Shown here: one piece after another, positions 23,621-37,995 of the stretch
How positions within the stretch are numbered: position 1 is the stretch's first letter
Layout: each line of letters begins with the position of its first letter
Assembly (NCBI GenBank): GCA_040954595.2
Contig: CM082590.2
Location: forward strand, 3,534,001-3,598,000
DNA length: 64,000 nt
From: Balanoglossus misakiensis
Taxonomy: Eukaryota; Animalia; Hemichordata
Direction of reading: 5' to 3'
Made by a program: the position numbers and the translations under genes
The notes under the pieces: model-generated
What the model saw: only the letters and a program-made list of their open reading frames with translations
The model's database searches: none
What the model was told of the DNA's origin: nothing

Positions 23621-25534
23621 TGATGTTATGATGTTGTTGTTTTCCTTTGGTATGGGCGAAGCATGGCTTAACCTAGGTGTGGGTAGTGATGTCAATTTTA
23701 TCAATTTATTATTTATATCAACAGCAGGAACTTAGAGACGGAAAATGCTGTGAGGATCTTCATCGTTAATGATTAACACTCAGAGGACTGCAGTTCGGGA
23801 CAACCAATTAGCATGACTCATGCCCACCAAAATAGCATTTTCGACAAAGCGCCCTGCTGTACTAACTTTTATACAGAATGATTCCTTTGTTGAGATACCC
23901 GCATGAAGGAATGGTGACAAACCGCATCCCTGGAATTTCTCATTTAATGCATGTCCCCAGGCTGTTTGCCTCATTTTTCTTTTAGGAAAGGAAAGACTGC
24001 TCCTTTACAATGCACCACGCCAACGTCGCTGATTATGGGAACAATTAAACTGTTACGCAAAATCAGTTAATATTTCTGGCGATGCACAATTCAGCTTGAA
24101 ACAGGAAGTTGATAACGCGCGCAAAATGACCCCAATCAGTGATGATCGTGTGTGACCTGGCGTACTCAGGCTATTGGACGCTGACCACTGAAACTCGCGC
24201 AAACAAATTACTTTTTATGTAAAAACACCAGCTAAACTCACATGATATAGCCGACACTGAAGTTTATGAACTAGACATTAAAATCATCTCATAACATCAA
24301 AGTTTTATCCACTATGTAAAACATTTAGAAATGACATTTTCGTGATTCATGTGTGAACACTAACCGAAATAACAGAACAATAAACACAAAATCCGAAATA
24401 CACCCCACAAATAATTTTCCTTCAAATACTCTTTGCAAAACATTTCTGGACGCGGAAATGTTCAGGGGTCAAAGACAAGACCAAAGCAACGATATACTCG
24501 ATGCAAGAAAACGCACCACTGTCACCACCCCCAGGCAAATTAAAAAGAAATAAATGTCAATTGAGCCTCACCCCTCTGATGTTATGCTCGTCTCTATGAA
24601 CAGAAACATCGGACCTTTCTTTCTTACAATGATTGTTAAAGGTATGAGACTACAAGAAGACAATGTATGATCTCCTGTGTGATTGATAATAATACGAGAT
24701 TATATGACAACTAAGACAAGATTTCTCAGAGTAATGTGCACTGCAGTAATTTCAGATGCAAACACAAGCGCATATTGAGATTCTTTTTTATAATGACAAA
24801 TTTGAAGACGACGAACTTTCGACAACAATATAGACATAGACAGTATAACTTATGGTACTACCGCTAACATCAAGAAACACGCTGCTGACCTTTTAAATAA
24901 CATCAAAGTTTTCCTCATTTCTGATATAACGATTCGTCATAATTTTGTAAACTGAGAGGCGTTATGCAAATTTTCCATATATTCTTGAAATCACAGAAAG
25001 GTGAAACAAGAGCGACCTTGTCCCTTTAAGTACAGTCACCAAATTCAAAATGAGATCGTATGCGTCATTATATATTACAGCCAGCAACCTACACAAGTAT
25101 TTAGAAGAAGAAATAATTGCTTGTGTCAATTTGCATTGGTGTACTAAGCATTCTTCTGTATAATTAATTCTCGTCCAGGGCTATCGGTCATTTTCAGTTC
25201 AACTTTTGCAATCAACATATTTTCAAATGCTTGCTGGGAAGTTTCTACTTACATGTATCATCGGGAAGCAGTGGTATATTTAACGTGCAAGTATATTTCA
25301 TGAACTATATTTCAGTTTAAAATAAATATATCTGTTAAAACCGCGATAAAATAAAGATCACTGCCAAGTTTATACATGTAATGTTCAGTCACTAAATTTG
25401 ATCAAAAAACACTATGCAGCTGAGAGAAGCAGTTTACTGGCTTCACTGCACATAACGATTCTCGTTCAGATAAGAAGAATGATCTTGAGTACATATAGGC
25501 GGAGACAACGCAGGTATTTGATGAGGTTACATTT

Positions 25535-25785
25535 CATCACATTCCTGGGTAGATTGAAAGATTCCGTCGTGTGCTAGCACTCCGGTGCATTGCTTGTTAC
25601 CCTTAAAAGTGGGCAGCGCGCTGGACCGCCCGCTCAGGTCTGATTAAATTTGGTCACATTCCTGGGTAGATTAAAAGATTCAGTCGTGTGCTAGCACTCC
25701 GGCGCATTGCTTGTTACCCTTAAATGTGGGCAGCGCGCTGGACCACTCGCTCAGGTCTGATTAAATTTGGTCAAATTCCAGGGTC
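25535..25785. repeat. 117-bp minisatellite, 2 copies
   Basis: attcctgggtagatt at 25541 and 25658. Confidence 0.9.
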
Positions 25786-27949
25786 ATCCTGAGGACAGTG
25801 ATTAATCAACTTTGTACATCCATTCATACCTGACCTGGTGATTATTTCAACGACTAGTAAAAATTAGCATGGGCGTTATATTAACTTGCCATATTTTCTA
25901 AAAGTGAGGTTAAATTTTATCATAAACAATCTGCAAAAATCAATGTGTCACCTAAATTTGTACATTTTCTTCCACAAAATCTCAGTAATTCGCGTCATAG
26001 AGAAAAATCAAACGAAATGGTATAGTTTTAACCATGAATTTAGCACATTTTGGAAACGTCCTGTACATTTAATTAGTTTTTGCTGATACTTTTTTGCCTT
26101 TTGATTGAGGCCGCCATGGGAAGATGTCCACTGACATATTTTATAAAAATATTTTTCTGGATATAAAGTATCGTCAAATTTGGATTTGTCTTGGCAGATC
26201 ACTCTTTTATTGATATAGTGAAGTAAAGGTTTAACACATCGTTTACATATTTTGTTTTATCAAAATGTCATGTGATCGTGGAAGAGAAATGTACGGAACA
26301 CGTGTGGGCGATGTCAAAATCAGAGATAACTCCAGAGAACACCCCCACAATAAAATGGTATGATCACAGTTGTAAACGCATATGCAAGTTGCTTAAACGG
26401 CCGTGCGCTGCCATGGCAACCATGATGCGGCATTCACCTATATACGATTCGCGTACATAACTGCCGTAAAGTTTGTTTCATCACATTTTCAAAGCTTTGG
26501 ATGTCTGAATCATATAACGATAGTCTGATTATCTATGACTATTTCATTGATTCTCTTGTACGGCAGCAGAAAAAATAGCGTGACTTATGTTTTTGACATA
26601 CCTGGCCAATATGTCGGCCATATTTAGAGAGGCATTGTCAAAATGATTGCTCAGTAGCACAGATATGTTTTTCAACAGGTGTTTTTTTCTCAAACTATGA
26701 CTTATTCATACAGTTTAGTGACTAAAGGTTTGTTTGGTGTGATTGATAAACTCCATCTACAGTAGTATTAGCTTTGGTTCTATCGTATCTGCTGTGAGAT
26801 ATCACCAAAAGGAATATTCGACGAGTGTGGCCGGTTTATCTCTAAAAATGTTTATCACACAGACAACACTTCGTAAATATCGGCGGTGACAACACAGGTA
26901 TTTGATGTGCTTAAGTTTGGTCAAATTCCAGGGTCATCCTGTACGATACTGAGGACAGTGATTGATCAACTGTGTACACCCATTCACACCTGGCCCAGTG
27001 CTTACTTCAACGACAACTAAAGATTAGCATGGGCGTTATATTGGATTTTAACTCGCCACTGACAGCAGCATTTTGAAAATGCAATATTCTATTTAAGAAT
27101 TCGGCTTTTCTTGCTTAGTCAACGGCAACAATGTTCATTCCCGATGAACCACAATTTACAGTGTCCTAGCCATTTCTGTACTTAGTGTTTCAAACCTCAA
27201 TCTTCTATATGAGTCAACATTTCATTTTTTGCCTAAATGATCGTCTGTTAAGCATGCTGCGCGTATGGTATATTTATAACAGTCATGTTTAGTTGTTGCG
27301 AGAATGCACTCAGATCGATCCTGGTATGACTAGACATTTGGACGCATCACACCCTATGTGCCACGTTGAGCCTGGTTAGTTGGTGATGACGTCATTCTCT
27401 AAGGGGTGGTGACATTTATATTATCAGACATATTGTCAGTTAAAATTCTAAATTTAATTTGTGTTCACCTTTATCTTCAAAATGCCACACTTACAATCCA
27501 ACCAAAAAGACTAAATTAATGTCATTGTCACAACAGTAAAAATTGATCAGTTTTGGAATAAAGGAATGGCTTGAGTCCCTCGGATGGTGAAGGAGTCACC
27601 GTGGTATGCCCATGCGCAGTTGATGTTTAGATGTGATATGTTAACGGCAGGAACCTAGAGACCAACATGCAGTGTGGAACTTCATAAGTTACAAGTCAGT
27701 GGACAGCGTTAATGATTAAAACTCAGACGACTGCAGGCCAAGACAAACGACTAATATGAATCCAGCCCCAACTAAATACTACCCGAAACATAGCGCCCAG
27801 CTCCACTAACTTTTATATATACTTATATATTTCATTTTTGAGCTCTAGACACCCACGTATAAGTATTGCACTAAGAATCTGAAGCCGTGCTATAATGTAC
27901 GTATAAAAAGATTGCAGTCAAATATAAAAGAACAACTTCTGTTTGTTGA

Positions 27950-28230
27950 GAGTCTCAGTCCAAACAACACATTGGAAATTCCAGGCTTGTGTGTGTTCCC
28001 CTGTCCTCTCAAAATTACCAAGGAACATGTACATAAGAATTTGCATGGGTTCTTCAGACAAGTTGTAAGTGATTCACAGTTAGGTTTTCGTAAAGGTTTC
28101 TCACATGACACATTGCTATGCAAAATGTTAAATGTTCATCAAATAGTCTAAATGGTCTTATACTTTTTACATAACGTAATTTGTTTGACCTGGCATAATA
28201 TAATTTACTACTTTAAAATCGGTACATCTA
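27950..28230 (+). mobile_element. Decayed CR1/L2 RT fragment (second copy at about 40120-40380)
   Basis: KITKEHVH..SQLGFRKGFSHDTLL matches the LINE RT 'SKI.E..V....Q.GFR..S..TAL' region. Confidence 0.6.
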
Positions 28231-28254
28231 AAATACCAATAGAAAATCATTGTG

Positions 28255-28645
28255 ACGATAGATACACGTTACAAACAGTGTCAAGCCGTTTTTCTTGAAA
28301 TGCTGAATTGCAAATATCTGATTATGTCTGGCGTGTAAGTTTAATTTTGGTCAGGGATTTCAGATCGCTTCCTTACGAGGCACCACTGAATAGTCGCTAA
28401 TAATTTGAACAATCGATTCGCTGGATGTTTCAAGCAATTCCCATGCTTACGATAGATACACGTTACAAACAGTGACAAGCCGTTTTTTCTTGAAATGCTG
28501 AATTGCAAATATCTGATTATGTCTGGCGTGTACGTCTAATTTTGGTCAGGGATTTCAGATCGCTTCCTTACAAGGCACCACGGAACACTCGCTAATAATT
28601 TAAACAATTGATTCGATGGATGTTTCAAGCAATTCCCATGCTTAC
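28255..28645. repeat. About 194-bp tandem duplication
   Basis: acgatagatacacgttacaaacagtg at 28255 and 28449. Confidence 0.85.
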
Positions 28646-29800
28646 AGTTGAATAGATAGCTCCAAATGGCATTCAGCATGTTGCTCAAATGATGACCTCA
28701 AGTGAACCAACGTGCTCTGGATATAGGGCAGAATAATAAAAACCGCGCAAACCTACCATGTTTATGTAAAGACGTCATTTCAAGTTAAGAAACAACACTG
28801 AAAATTACTTTAACAATTCAGAAACGGATTCAGATAAAGATAACGTTCTCATGATTTTTGTGTAAACGCTATAGGAAATAACACAGTTTATAAATATAAT
28901 AAACAGCTTACACCCCACATAAATTTTCCCTCGAACACTCTCTACAAAAAATAAAAATTCTCGTCGTGGAAATGTTCATAATAATAGTCAATGACCTTTC
29001 AAATTGCATCAAAGAATAGTGTAAGGGTCAAGGTTCTCTGTGCACCAGCTCCTTTAGGTAATATGTTCCTCTTGGACATAATTTCAGTCGAATGTATATT
29101 GCCAAAACCTTTAAATAGTTTTTTGTATTAGTGTGTGGGGGAAGTTTTTATACATTTGTAACGGCCTTGTTGATCCATTGAATTTGTATACATGTATATC
29201 TGTATGTATGTTATACCTGTATCTTATAGTAATTAGTTATTCAATTATTCATATGACGTAATAGTACTTACCTTCAATTGGTTGATCTTAATTATATGCA
29301 AACCACCTGGAAGTTTCATTTGACCAATGAACACAAGCTAATCTGGCACTATGATGTAATTGCTGATATAAAAGGACATGGTGCATAAAATTGGTCAGTT
29401 CACCTCTGTAGCCAGACCGGCCACACACGTTGGAACTGACATGTATTTGTTCCATTTCAGGTTAGTTTCCTTGTACCTTACCTGTTGCTTGAAGCTTTGT
29501 ATTTTGGTGCATTCTACCGACTCATTTCAGCACAAGTAATTGGTGTCTTTAACTTGCGTCAATTTTCCAATTGTATGTCTATATTTTTCACTTGCATGAA
29601 TTTTGGTGTATTCTGTTGGAGGTGAACTCCCATACATGTGTGTAATTTAGGAGTTCACCTCTGTAGCCAGACCGGCCACACACGTTGGAACTGACATGTA
29701 TTTGTTCCATTTCAGTTATTAAATGTAAGGCCTATGTCTTTGTTACCCGTAACCTGTTTGGTGTGAATATGTTGGAATGAACGGCGACAACCGTGACAAA

Positions 29801-29819
29801 TGGCGTAGTCGGCAGGATT
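29801..29819 (+). promoter_or_regulatory. Primer-binding site complementary to the tRNA-Ser 3' end
   Basis: TGGCGTAGTCGGCAGGATT is the reverse complement of AATCCTGCCGACTACGCCA, 2 nt after the LTR CA. Confidence 0.85.
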
Positions 29820-30882
29820 TGGCAATTCCTACGCAAGTTCTTTTTTCGGGACGGAGAGAGGATGATACTGACAAGTGCCATGTTTTAACTGGTCAGAAGT
29901 GTCTGGACAACGGACAACGCCCAACCAGGTGTGTCTTTCGCTGAGCTGGACGTCCTTGGGGAGCCACCCGGACTGCAGACAGACGGGAGCCAGGTCCAAG
30001 CGTCAACGGCGAGGAAAATTCTCTGCAGAGTGCCAAGTGGTGAAGTCGCTGAACTGTTACCGGCCGGAACTGTTTAGTGTGAAGTGTTCATCGCGGTATA
30101 CAAGGTATTGTGTGTCCAGAACTTGACAGTGTTATTCCGTGCGAACTATAGACAGTGCGCATAAATTCCGTCCGTGGCGCATAGTTTCCATCTGTGATAA
30201 CTTCGGACTTGAACTTGTGGACTGGGTATTTTATTGCAAACGAACTTTCTGGTTATTCGCTGTAGAACCTGGTGTAACGTAATGTTTGTAAATTTTTCTT
30301 AGAAATCTCAATATTGTCTATATAATGCAATGTGGTCAAAGTAGTTTTGACTTTGATTTAATTGTTGAAGTGGGCTCCATGTGGATATAAACCCATGTTT
30401 TGTTGCCTTTAGCCTGCTTTAAAAAAAAAAAAAAAAAAAAAAATATTTTCTTTCAACAGTATATTTTGGTTAAGTGCTGAAGTATAAATTTTCTTTGTAA
30501 ATTTCAGTTCATTATTTTCCAAACGACGTGAAAAAAAAAAAATTGTCAGCACTTGTTGAAAAAAAAAATATTAAGTTATAAGTTAAATATTGTATATTGA
30601 CTTGAGTTAGTTTATTATTGTATTAGTTATTTAGTTGTTTCATTATTATTGAGACTGTCCATGAATGGTCGTATTCATCCAAATCATACATTAGTCTCTA
30701 TAGAACCTTTGGCAGTGTCTGTAAGCTATTCTATGCTTATTTCATTCCCTGTTAACGTATGTGCTATGCCAGTAGATACTGATATTATTGTTAAGATTTT
30801 CCAGTGAAATAGCTTGCATTGCATCGTATTTAACGACACGTCAGAGTCCTCCCAAATTGCCTCTCATTTTCTGGGGAAAAGA

Positions 30883-31412
30883 ATGGCTGTGTCCAAAATA
30901 TCAATTCAAGAGCGAAGCATTTATGTGCAACACTTGCCTTTTGAATGTACAAAGAAAAATTTTAGTGAATTTATCGAGTTACAGCTTGGTTTGGCCCAGG
31001 TTGATCAAATTTATATTTCTGATAAAGATTCCGCTTTTGTCATATTTGAGAATATAGAATCAGCCACAGCCGCTCTGCCAGTAATACATAAAAGCACTTT
31101 TGAAGAAAGCAAATTACGGGCAAGTCGTGTGACCACAGCCCGAGGGTTGGAACTGTGGCATTTAATTGAGGAAACCGAACAAAGTACTGGCCTAGATTAC
31201 AATGAAACCAGTGATCCCAAGACATCCAAACCCAAAGCAGATGTACAGGAAATTATTAACATGTTGAGTTTACTGTCTGAAGCAGATAGGAAAGCGGTTG
31301 CACAGGCCATATCACCTGCTCCACTGAAACCAATCGTATCAACCCCTATGCCACAGCCGATTCCATTTCCAGCATTTCCAGTACCAACTTCAGTTGCAGA
31401 TTCCTCACCACT
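30883..31412 (+). pseudogene. Truncated gag with N-terminal RRM-like domain and Pro-rich linker
   Basis: SIYVQHLPF (RNP2-like) and SAFVIFE (RNP1-like); the frame runs into host sequence after 31412. Confidence 0.7.
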
Positions 31413-33479
31413 GAAAACTGCGTGTTCATCGTCTTGTTTTCATTTCCATGCAATTAATACAAAGACTGGTGACTATTTTGGAACACGTGTTATTTGGTTC
31501 CTAAATTATTTCAATACTCTTGCCGACCTACTTAGTTGATATACCTCTACAATATGTCGGTCATGTCACCTTGAGTGACTGAAGGTGTGTTTGCCTTATA
31601 CATTAACGTCCACACAAAGAATCTAAGCTTTGATTCTTTATCAATGTTATCATTAACAGGTACATTCAACGAGTGTCACCTAATTAAGCTTATACGTCAA
31701 ACTGTTTATCACTCATATGACAATGTGTGGTCTTAAGTGAGGTCACTTCATTGAAAATGAGAATCGTACGTGTCATTGTGGATTGGAGACAACAACCCAC
31801 ATTAAGTATTAAGAATCATCCTGAGCTATTGTACATATAATTGTACAATTTTATTTTAAGTTAACCCATGGTCGGTAATTATCAGGGCAAGTTAAACTTC
31901 AAATCTTAAAATCAACAACAAATCCCTTTCTCTTAAAATGGTTGCTGGGTAGTCCATACTTACACTTATCATTGGCTTAGGAGGCAAAACTGATATTTTA
32001 CATGATGATTTTACATATATATATTTATTGCATAAACATCATGTTATATTGTACATACAGGCGAACAAACCCTTTTTAATGTTAACCCTGGTCGAGAAAT
32101 ATCAGGGACCATATTAATTTTCAATCTTTAAAATTAGCAACAAAACTCTTTCTCTCTAAATGCTTGTTTGGCAGTTTATATACTTGCACCTATCATTGGA
32201 AAGTAGTGGTATATATTTAACGCGCGCGTATATTTTTTGAACACTATTTCTGTTTAAAAACAAACCTGGAGAAAAATAAGATCCCTGCCACGTTTATGTT
32301 TACATGTTTAGTGGCTGAATATGATCACGACACCTTACGTAGGATCATTGTGTAGAGCAGAGTGAAGAAATTTGACAAGAAGAAAGGAATTGGCATAAAT
32401 ATCTGTCGAGACAACACATGTATTTGATCAACTTAATTTTGGTCAATTCTCGGGGTCAACCTTTACCATAATAACGACAGTGTCTGATCAACTTTGTAAA
32501 TCCATGCACACCGGTCCATGTGCTTATTGCAATAACTAGTAAAGATCAACGCTATATTTCAACCCTCCAACTTTATACAATCTGTAATCACAATACTAGG
32601 CTTAACATTTGGTAGGGTGACTTCTAAAAATGTTTAGTTTAATGGCATTCTTCCTGTAGATAATTTTCTAGATACTCTGAAGTGAAGTATCGTCAAATTT
32701 GGATTTGTATTAGCAGGTCACTCATTGGTTAAAAGGTAACACTTCGTTTACATATTCTATCTTTTCAAATGTAAGTGTGATCATGGAAGAGAAATTTACT
32801 AAACACGTGTGGGCGATATCAAAATTAGCAATACCTCTATATTACATCCCCACAATAAAATGGTCGCGCCTGACTTGGTATTATCCTCTCACAGCGCTAG
32901 GCGCATGTAGTGGCAGACGAGTATGCATGTTGCTTAAACGCTCGTACGCGGCCATGGTCGCGTGTGACTTGGTATGATCACAGTTGTAAACGCACATGCA
33001 AGTTGCATAAACGGCAGTGCGCTGCCATGGCAACCATGATGCGGCATTCACCTATATACGACTGTACGATTCGCGTACATTATTGCCGTAAAGTTTGTTT
33101 CATCACATTTTCAAAGCTTTGGATGTCTGAATCATATAACGATAGTCTGATTATCTATGACTATTTCACTGATTCTCTTGTACAGCATCAGATAATAAAA
33201 ATAGTACGACTTATTTATTTGACATACCTGGCCAATATGTCGGCCATATTTAGAGAGGCATTTTCAAAATGATTGCTCAGTAGCACAGGTATGTTTTTCA
33301 ACAGGTGTTTTATCTCAAGCTATGACTTGTTCATACAGTTTAGTGACTCAAGGATTGTTTGGTGTGATTGATAAACTTCAATTACAGTAGTGTTAGCTTT
33401 GATTCTATCGTATCTGCTGAGATATATCATGATACGGTACATTCGACGAGTGTGGCCGGTTTATGTATTCTTTCACTGC

Positions 33480-34122
33480 ATGAATCATTTGATGGAGAGA
33501 AAATAGAAAAGTTAGATTCTGCACTGATTCAAACTGGTCAGATCAATTTATACGGTTGAGAAACAAGATACCGTTTTTTTCCTGGGTTGACTAAATTTGG
33601 AATTTTGTTCGTCAAAGATATTTTTATAGGGAAAATAACGAATCAACTGAGTTTTACTTGTTAAACTTTTATCACAAAAAGCACAAATGTTATGAAAATT
33701 GTGTTTATGCCAGGCCACTATTATAATATATCTATGGTTATACATTGTTTTAACTAAGTTTGCGGAAACCATGGTTATTACCAAACTTGAATTTCCCTAG
33801 CGACTGAATCTCGATCCTGTATTTACCCCTATAACTAGTTTAGTGATGATAAATACTTTGCAAATTAGTCCTTGAACAGTCTCTTGTTTCAAATATTGTA
33901 ATATGAATTTATTTTGGTGTTTTATAATTGTTATTTTGTGGGTGACATCTGTATTGGCGGCCATTATGAAAAAAAACAGAAAAAATGGTTGCCATGGAAA
34001 CTCGTCAACATATATTTAGTGGCTCGGTATCGTAATTTGTTTAGTATACATTAACGCACATCTGAGCCAAGTTTGGTGCTTTTATCACAAAATGCACAAT
34101 CGATCTGTTATGCCGCTTCACT
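33480..34122. mobile_element. MITE-like remnants (Academ-like ..CACTA ends) at the junction of the two duplication copies
   Basis: Two related ends ttatcacaaaa.gcaca..cacta at about 33720 and 34122; unique to the junction. Confidence 0.4.
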
Positions 34123-35069
34123 ATGAGAGATATCATGAACAGGTACATTTCACGACCTCATTAATTAAGCTTATACGTCAAACTGTTTATCACTCAGACG
34201 AAAATTCTTGGTGTGAAGAACGATCACTGGATTCAAAATGGGTATGGTACGTGTCACTGTATATTGGAGACAAATCATCGCTCTTGAAATGGTAGCTGGG
34301 GAGTTTATACTTACACGAATCATTGGAATGTGAGGCAAGAGTATATTCTACATATAAACATATTTAATGAGCTGCATTTAAGTTTCAAACATGTCACCAA
34401 AATCAGGAGCAAATCACGATCACTGCTCGTGCACGTAATGCCTGGTGTCTAAATCTGATCAAGAAACACTGTGTAGCAGAGGGAATTAGTTGAATGGTTT
34501 AATCACATAATGTGACTCCTATTCAGATAAGTGTAATCATTTGGCGAAATAGTGGCTTGAAAAAATAAAGGTATCGATAACTTTACACTTGGTCACATTT
34601 CAAATTTATTTTTTGCGCGATAATGTGATCAGTTACTGATCAGCTGTGTACATCTATTCATCCAGCCATCAATTCATACCTGACCTGGTGCTTATTTCAA
34701 TGACTGGCATCGGCGTTATATTGTTTTTCTGTACGTTTTGGCACCATTGGTGTTAATCTCACAATCATAATCTTTGATAGCAAACTCCTCCCAATCTTAC
34801 TGTATAGAAGGGAAGTTTGGGGTTTCTACATAAGGCTGACCAAATTGAAATAGTGCATAACAAATTTTGTTGTTTTATTTTGAGATTGAATGGCAATGCG
34901 ACCACTACCGCTATTAGGGGTGAGTTAGGGCGTTTTACAATACGTAGGCTTTGACTTGGAAGGATGATCAAATATTGGCTGCGCTTACTTTCAATGCCAC
35001 AGAAACGTATCGTGCACATGTTATATTGTTCAATACAAAGAAGCTGAAACTTGTCAACCATGTTGGGAT

Positions 35070-35820
35070 AAGATGTTATGATGATGTTGTTGTTGTTCTC
35101 ATTTGATATGGTCTTAACCTAGGTGTGGGTAATGATGCCAATTTGATCAATTTATTATTTATGTCAACAGCAGAAACCTAAAGACAGAAAATACAGTGAG
35201 GAACTTCATCGTTAATGATTAGAACTCAGAGGACTGCAGGCCAGGAGACCCAACAATGATGTTAGGATGTTGTTGTTCTCCCATGGCATGGGCGAAGCAT
35301 GGCTTAACCTAGGTGTGGGTAATGATGCCAATTTGATCAATTTATTATTTATGTCAACAGCAGGAACCTAAAGACAGAAAATACAGTGAGGAACTTCATC
35401 GTTAATGATTATAACTCAGAGGACTGCAGGCCAGGAGACCCAACAATGATGTTAGGATGTTGTTGTTCTCCCATGGCATGGGCGAAGCATGGCTTAACCT
35501 AGGTGTGGGTAATGATGCCAATTTGATCAATTTATTATTTATGTCAACAGCAGGAACCTAAAGACAGAAAATACAGTGAGGAACTTCATCGTTAATGATT
35601 AGAACTCAGAAGACTGCAGGCAAGGAGACCCAACAATGATGTTAGGATGTTGTTGTTCTCCCATGGCATGGGCGAAGCATGGCTTAACCTAGGTGTGGGT
35701 AGTGATGTCAATTTGATCAATTTATTATTTATGTCAACAGCGGGAACATAGAGACGGAAAATACCGTGAGGATCTTCATCGTTAAAGATTAAAACTCAGA
35801 GGACTGCAGTCCAGGACAAC
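35070..35820. repeat. 190-bp tandem repeat, 4 copies
   Basis: aggtgtgggt at 35121, 35311, 35501 and 35691. Confidence 0.92.
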
Positions 35821-37509
35821 CACTTAGCATGACTCATGCCCACCAAAATAGCATCTTCGACAAAGCGCCCAGCTGTACTAACTTTTATACAGAATGATTC
35901 CTTTGTTGAGATACCTTCATGAAGGAATGATGACAAACCGCATCCCTGGAATTTCTCATTTAATGCATGTCCCCAGGCTGTTTGCCTCATTTTTCTTTTA
36001 GGAAAGGAAAGATCGCTCCTTTACAATGCACTACGCCAACGTCGCTGATTATGGGAACAATTAAACTGTTACGCAAAGTCAGTTAATATTTCTGGCGATG
36101 CACAATTCAGCTTGAAGGAGGAAGTTGATAATGCGCGCAAAATGACCCCGATCAGTGATGATCGTGTGTGACCTTGCGTACTCAGGCTATTGGACGCTGA
36201 CCACTGAAACTCGCGCAAACAAATTACTTTTTATGTAAAACACCAGCTAAATTCACAGGATATAGCCGGCACTGAAGTTTATGAACTAGAAATTAACATC
36301 ATCTCATAACATCAAAGTTTTATCCACTTTGTAAAAAATTTAGAAATGAAATTTTCGTGATTCATGTGTGAAAACTAACCGAACTAACTGAACAATAAAA
36401 AAATATATATAATTTTCCTGCGAACACTCTTTACAAAACATTTCTGGACGCGGAAATATACAGAGATCAAAGACAAGACCAAAGCAACAATGTAGTTGAT
36501 GTAAGAAAATACACCACTGTCATCACCCCAGACAAATTAATTAAAGAGAAATAAACGTCCTTTGAGCCTCACCGCTCTGATGTTATGTTCGTCTCTATTA
36601 ACACAAAAATTGGGCGATTCTTTATTACAATGATTGTAAAAGGTGTGAGACTACAAGAAGACAACGTATGATCTCATGTGTGATTGATAATAATACGAGA
36701 TTATATGACAACTAAGATTTCTCAGAGTAATGTGCACTGCAGTAATTTCAGATGCAAACATAAGCGCATATTGAGATTCTTTTTTATAATGACAAAATTG
36801 AAGATGACGAACTTTCGACAACAATATAGACATAGACAGTATAACTTATGGTACTACCGCTAACATCAAGAAACACGCTGCTGACCTTTTAAATAACATC
36901 AAAGTTTTCCTCATTTCTGATATAACGATTCGTCATAATTTTGTAAACTGAGAGGCGTTATGCAAATTTTCCATATATTCTTGTTATCACAGTAAGGTGA
37001 AACAAGACCGACCTTGTCCCTGTAAGTACAGTTACCAAATTCAACATGAGAATCGTACGCGCCACCATATATTACAGCCAGTAACCTACACAAGTATTTA
37101 GAAGAAGAAATAATTGCTGGTGTCCATTTGCATTGGTGTACTAAATATTCTTCTGTATAATTAATTCTCGTCGAGAGCTATTGGTCATTTTCAGTTCAAC
37201 TTGTGCAATCAACATATTTTCAAATGTTTGCTGGGAAGTGTATACTTACAAGTATCATTTGGAAGCAGTGGTATATTTCATGAAATATATTTCAGTTTAA
37301 AATATATATATCAGTCAAAACCGCGATAAAATAAAGATCACTGCCAGGTGTATACATGTAATGTTGAGTGGCTAAATTTGATCAAAAAACACTATGCAGC
37401 TGAGAGAAGCAGTTCATTGACTTCACTGCACATAACGATTCTCGTTCAGATAAGAAGAATGATCTGAGGTACATATCGGCGGAGACAACGCAGGTATTTG
37501 ATAAGATTT

Positions 37510-37995
37510 CATTTGGTCACATTCCTGGGTAGATTGAAAGATTCAGTCGTGTGCTATCACTCCGGCGCATTGCTTGTTACCCTTAAAAGTGGGCAGCGCG
37601 CTGGACCGCCCGCTCAGGTCTGATTACATTTGGTCACATTCCTGGGTAGATTGAAAGATTCAGTCGTGTGCTAGCACTCTGGCGCATTGCTTGTTACCCT
37701 TAAAAGTGGACAGCGCGCTGGACCACCCGCTCAGGTCTGATTAAATTTGGTCACATTCCTGGGTAGATTGAAAGATTCAGTCGTGTGCTAGCACTCCGGC
37801 GCATTGCTTGTTACCCTTAAAAGTGGGCAGGGCGCTGGACCATCCGCTCAGGTCTGATTACATTTGGTCACATTCCTGGGTAGATTGAAAGATTCAGTCG
37901 TGTGCTAGCACTCCGGCGCATTGCTTGTTACCCTTAAAAGTGGGCAGCGCGCTGGACCACCCGCTCAGGTCTGATTAAATTTGGCCACATTCCAG
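37510..37995. repeat. 117-bp minisatellite, 4 copies
   Basis: attcctgggtagattg at 37521, 37638, 37755 and 37872. Confidence 0.92.

Larger units (their letters stand above)
29157..31412 (+). mobile_element. 3'-truncated Gypsy/Ty3-type LTR retrotransposon (5' LTR 29157-29798, PBS, leader, gag start)
   Basis: TGTAACGG..CCGTGACA LTR termini; PBS; absent from the paralogous site at about 41295. Confidence 0.85.
22555..32960. repeat. Segmental duplication copy A
   Basis: Colinear with 34124-42945 apart from copy-specific insertions. Confidence 0.9.

Noticed and set aside
23780-23974. 64-aa ORF conserved at 35796-35990
   Set aside because: Conservation explained by the recent segmental duplication; no recognisable motif or splice context
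37510-37995. CRISPR-like appearance of regularly spaced repeats (also 35070-35820, 51235-51340)
   Set aside because: Whole units repeat with no unique spacers; eukaryotic context and no cas genes
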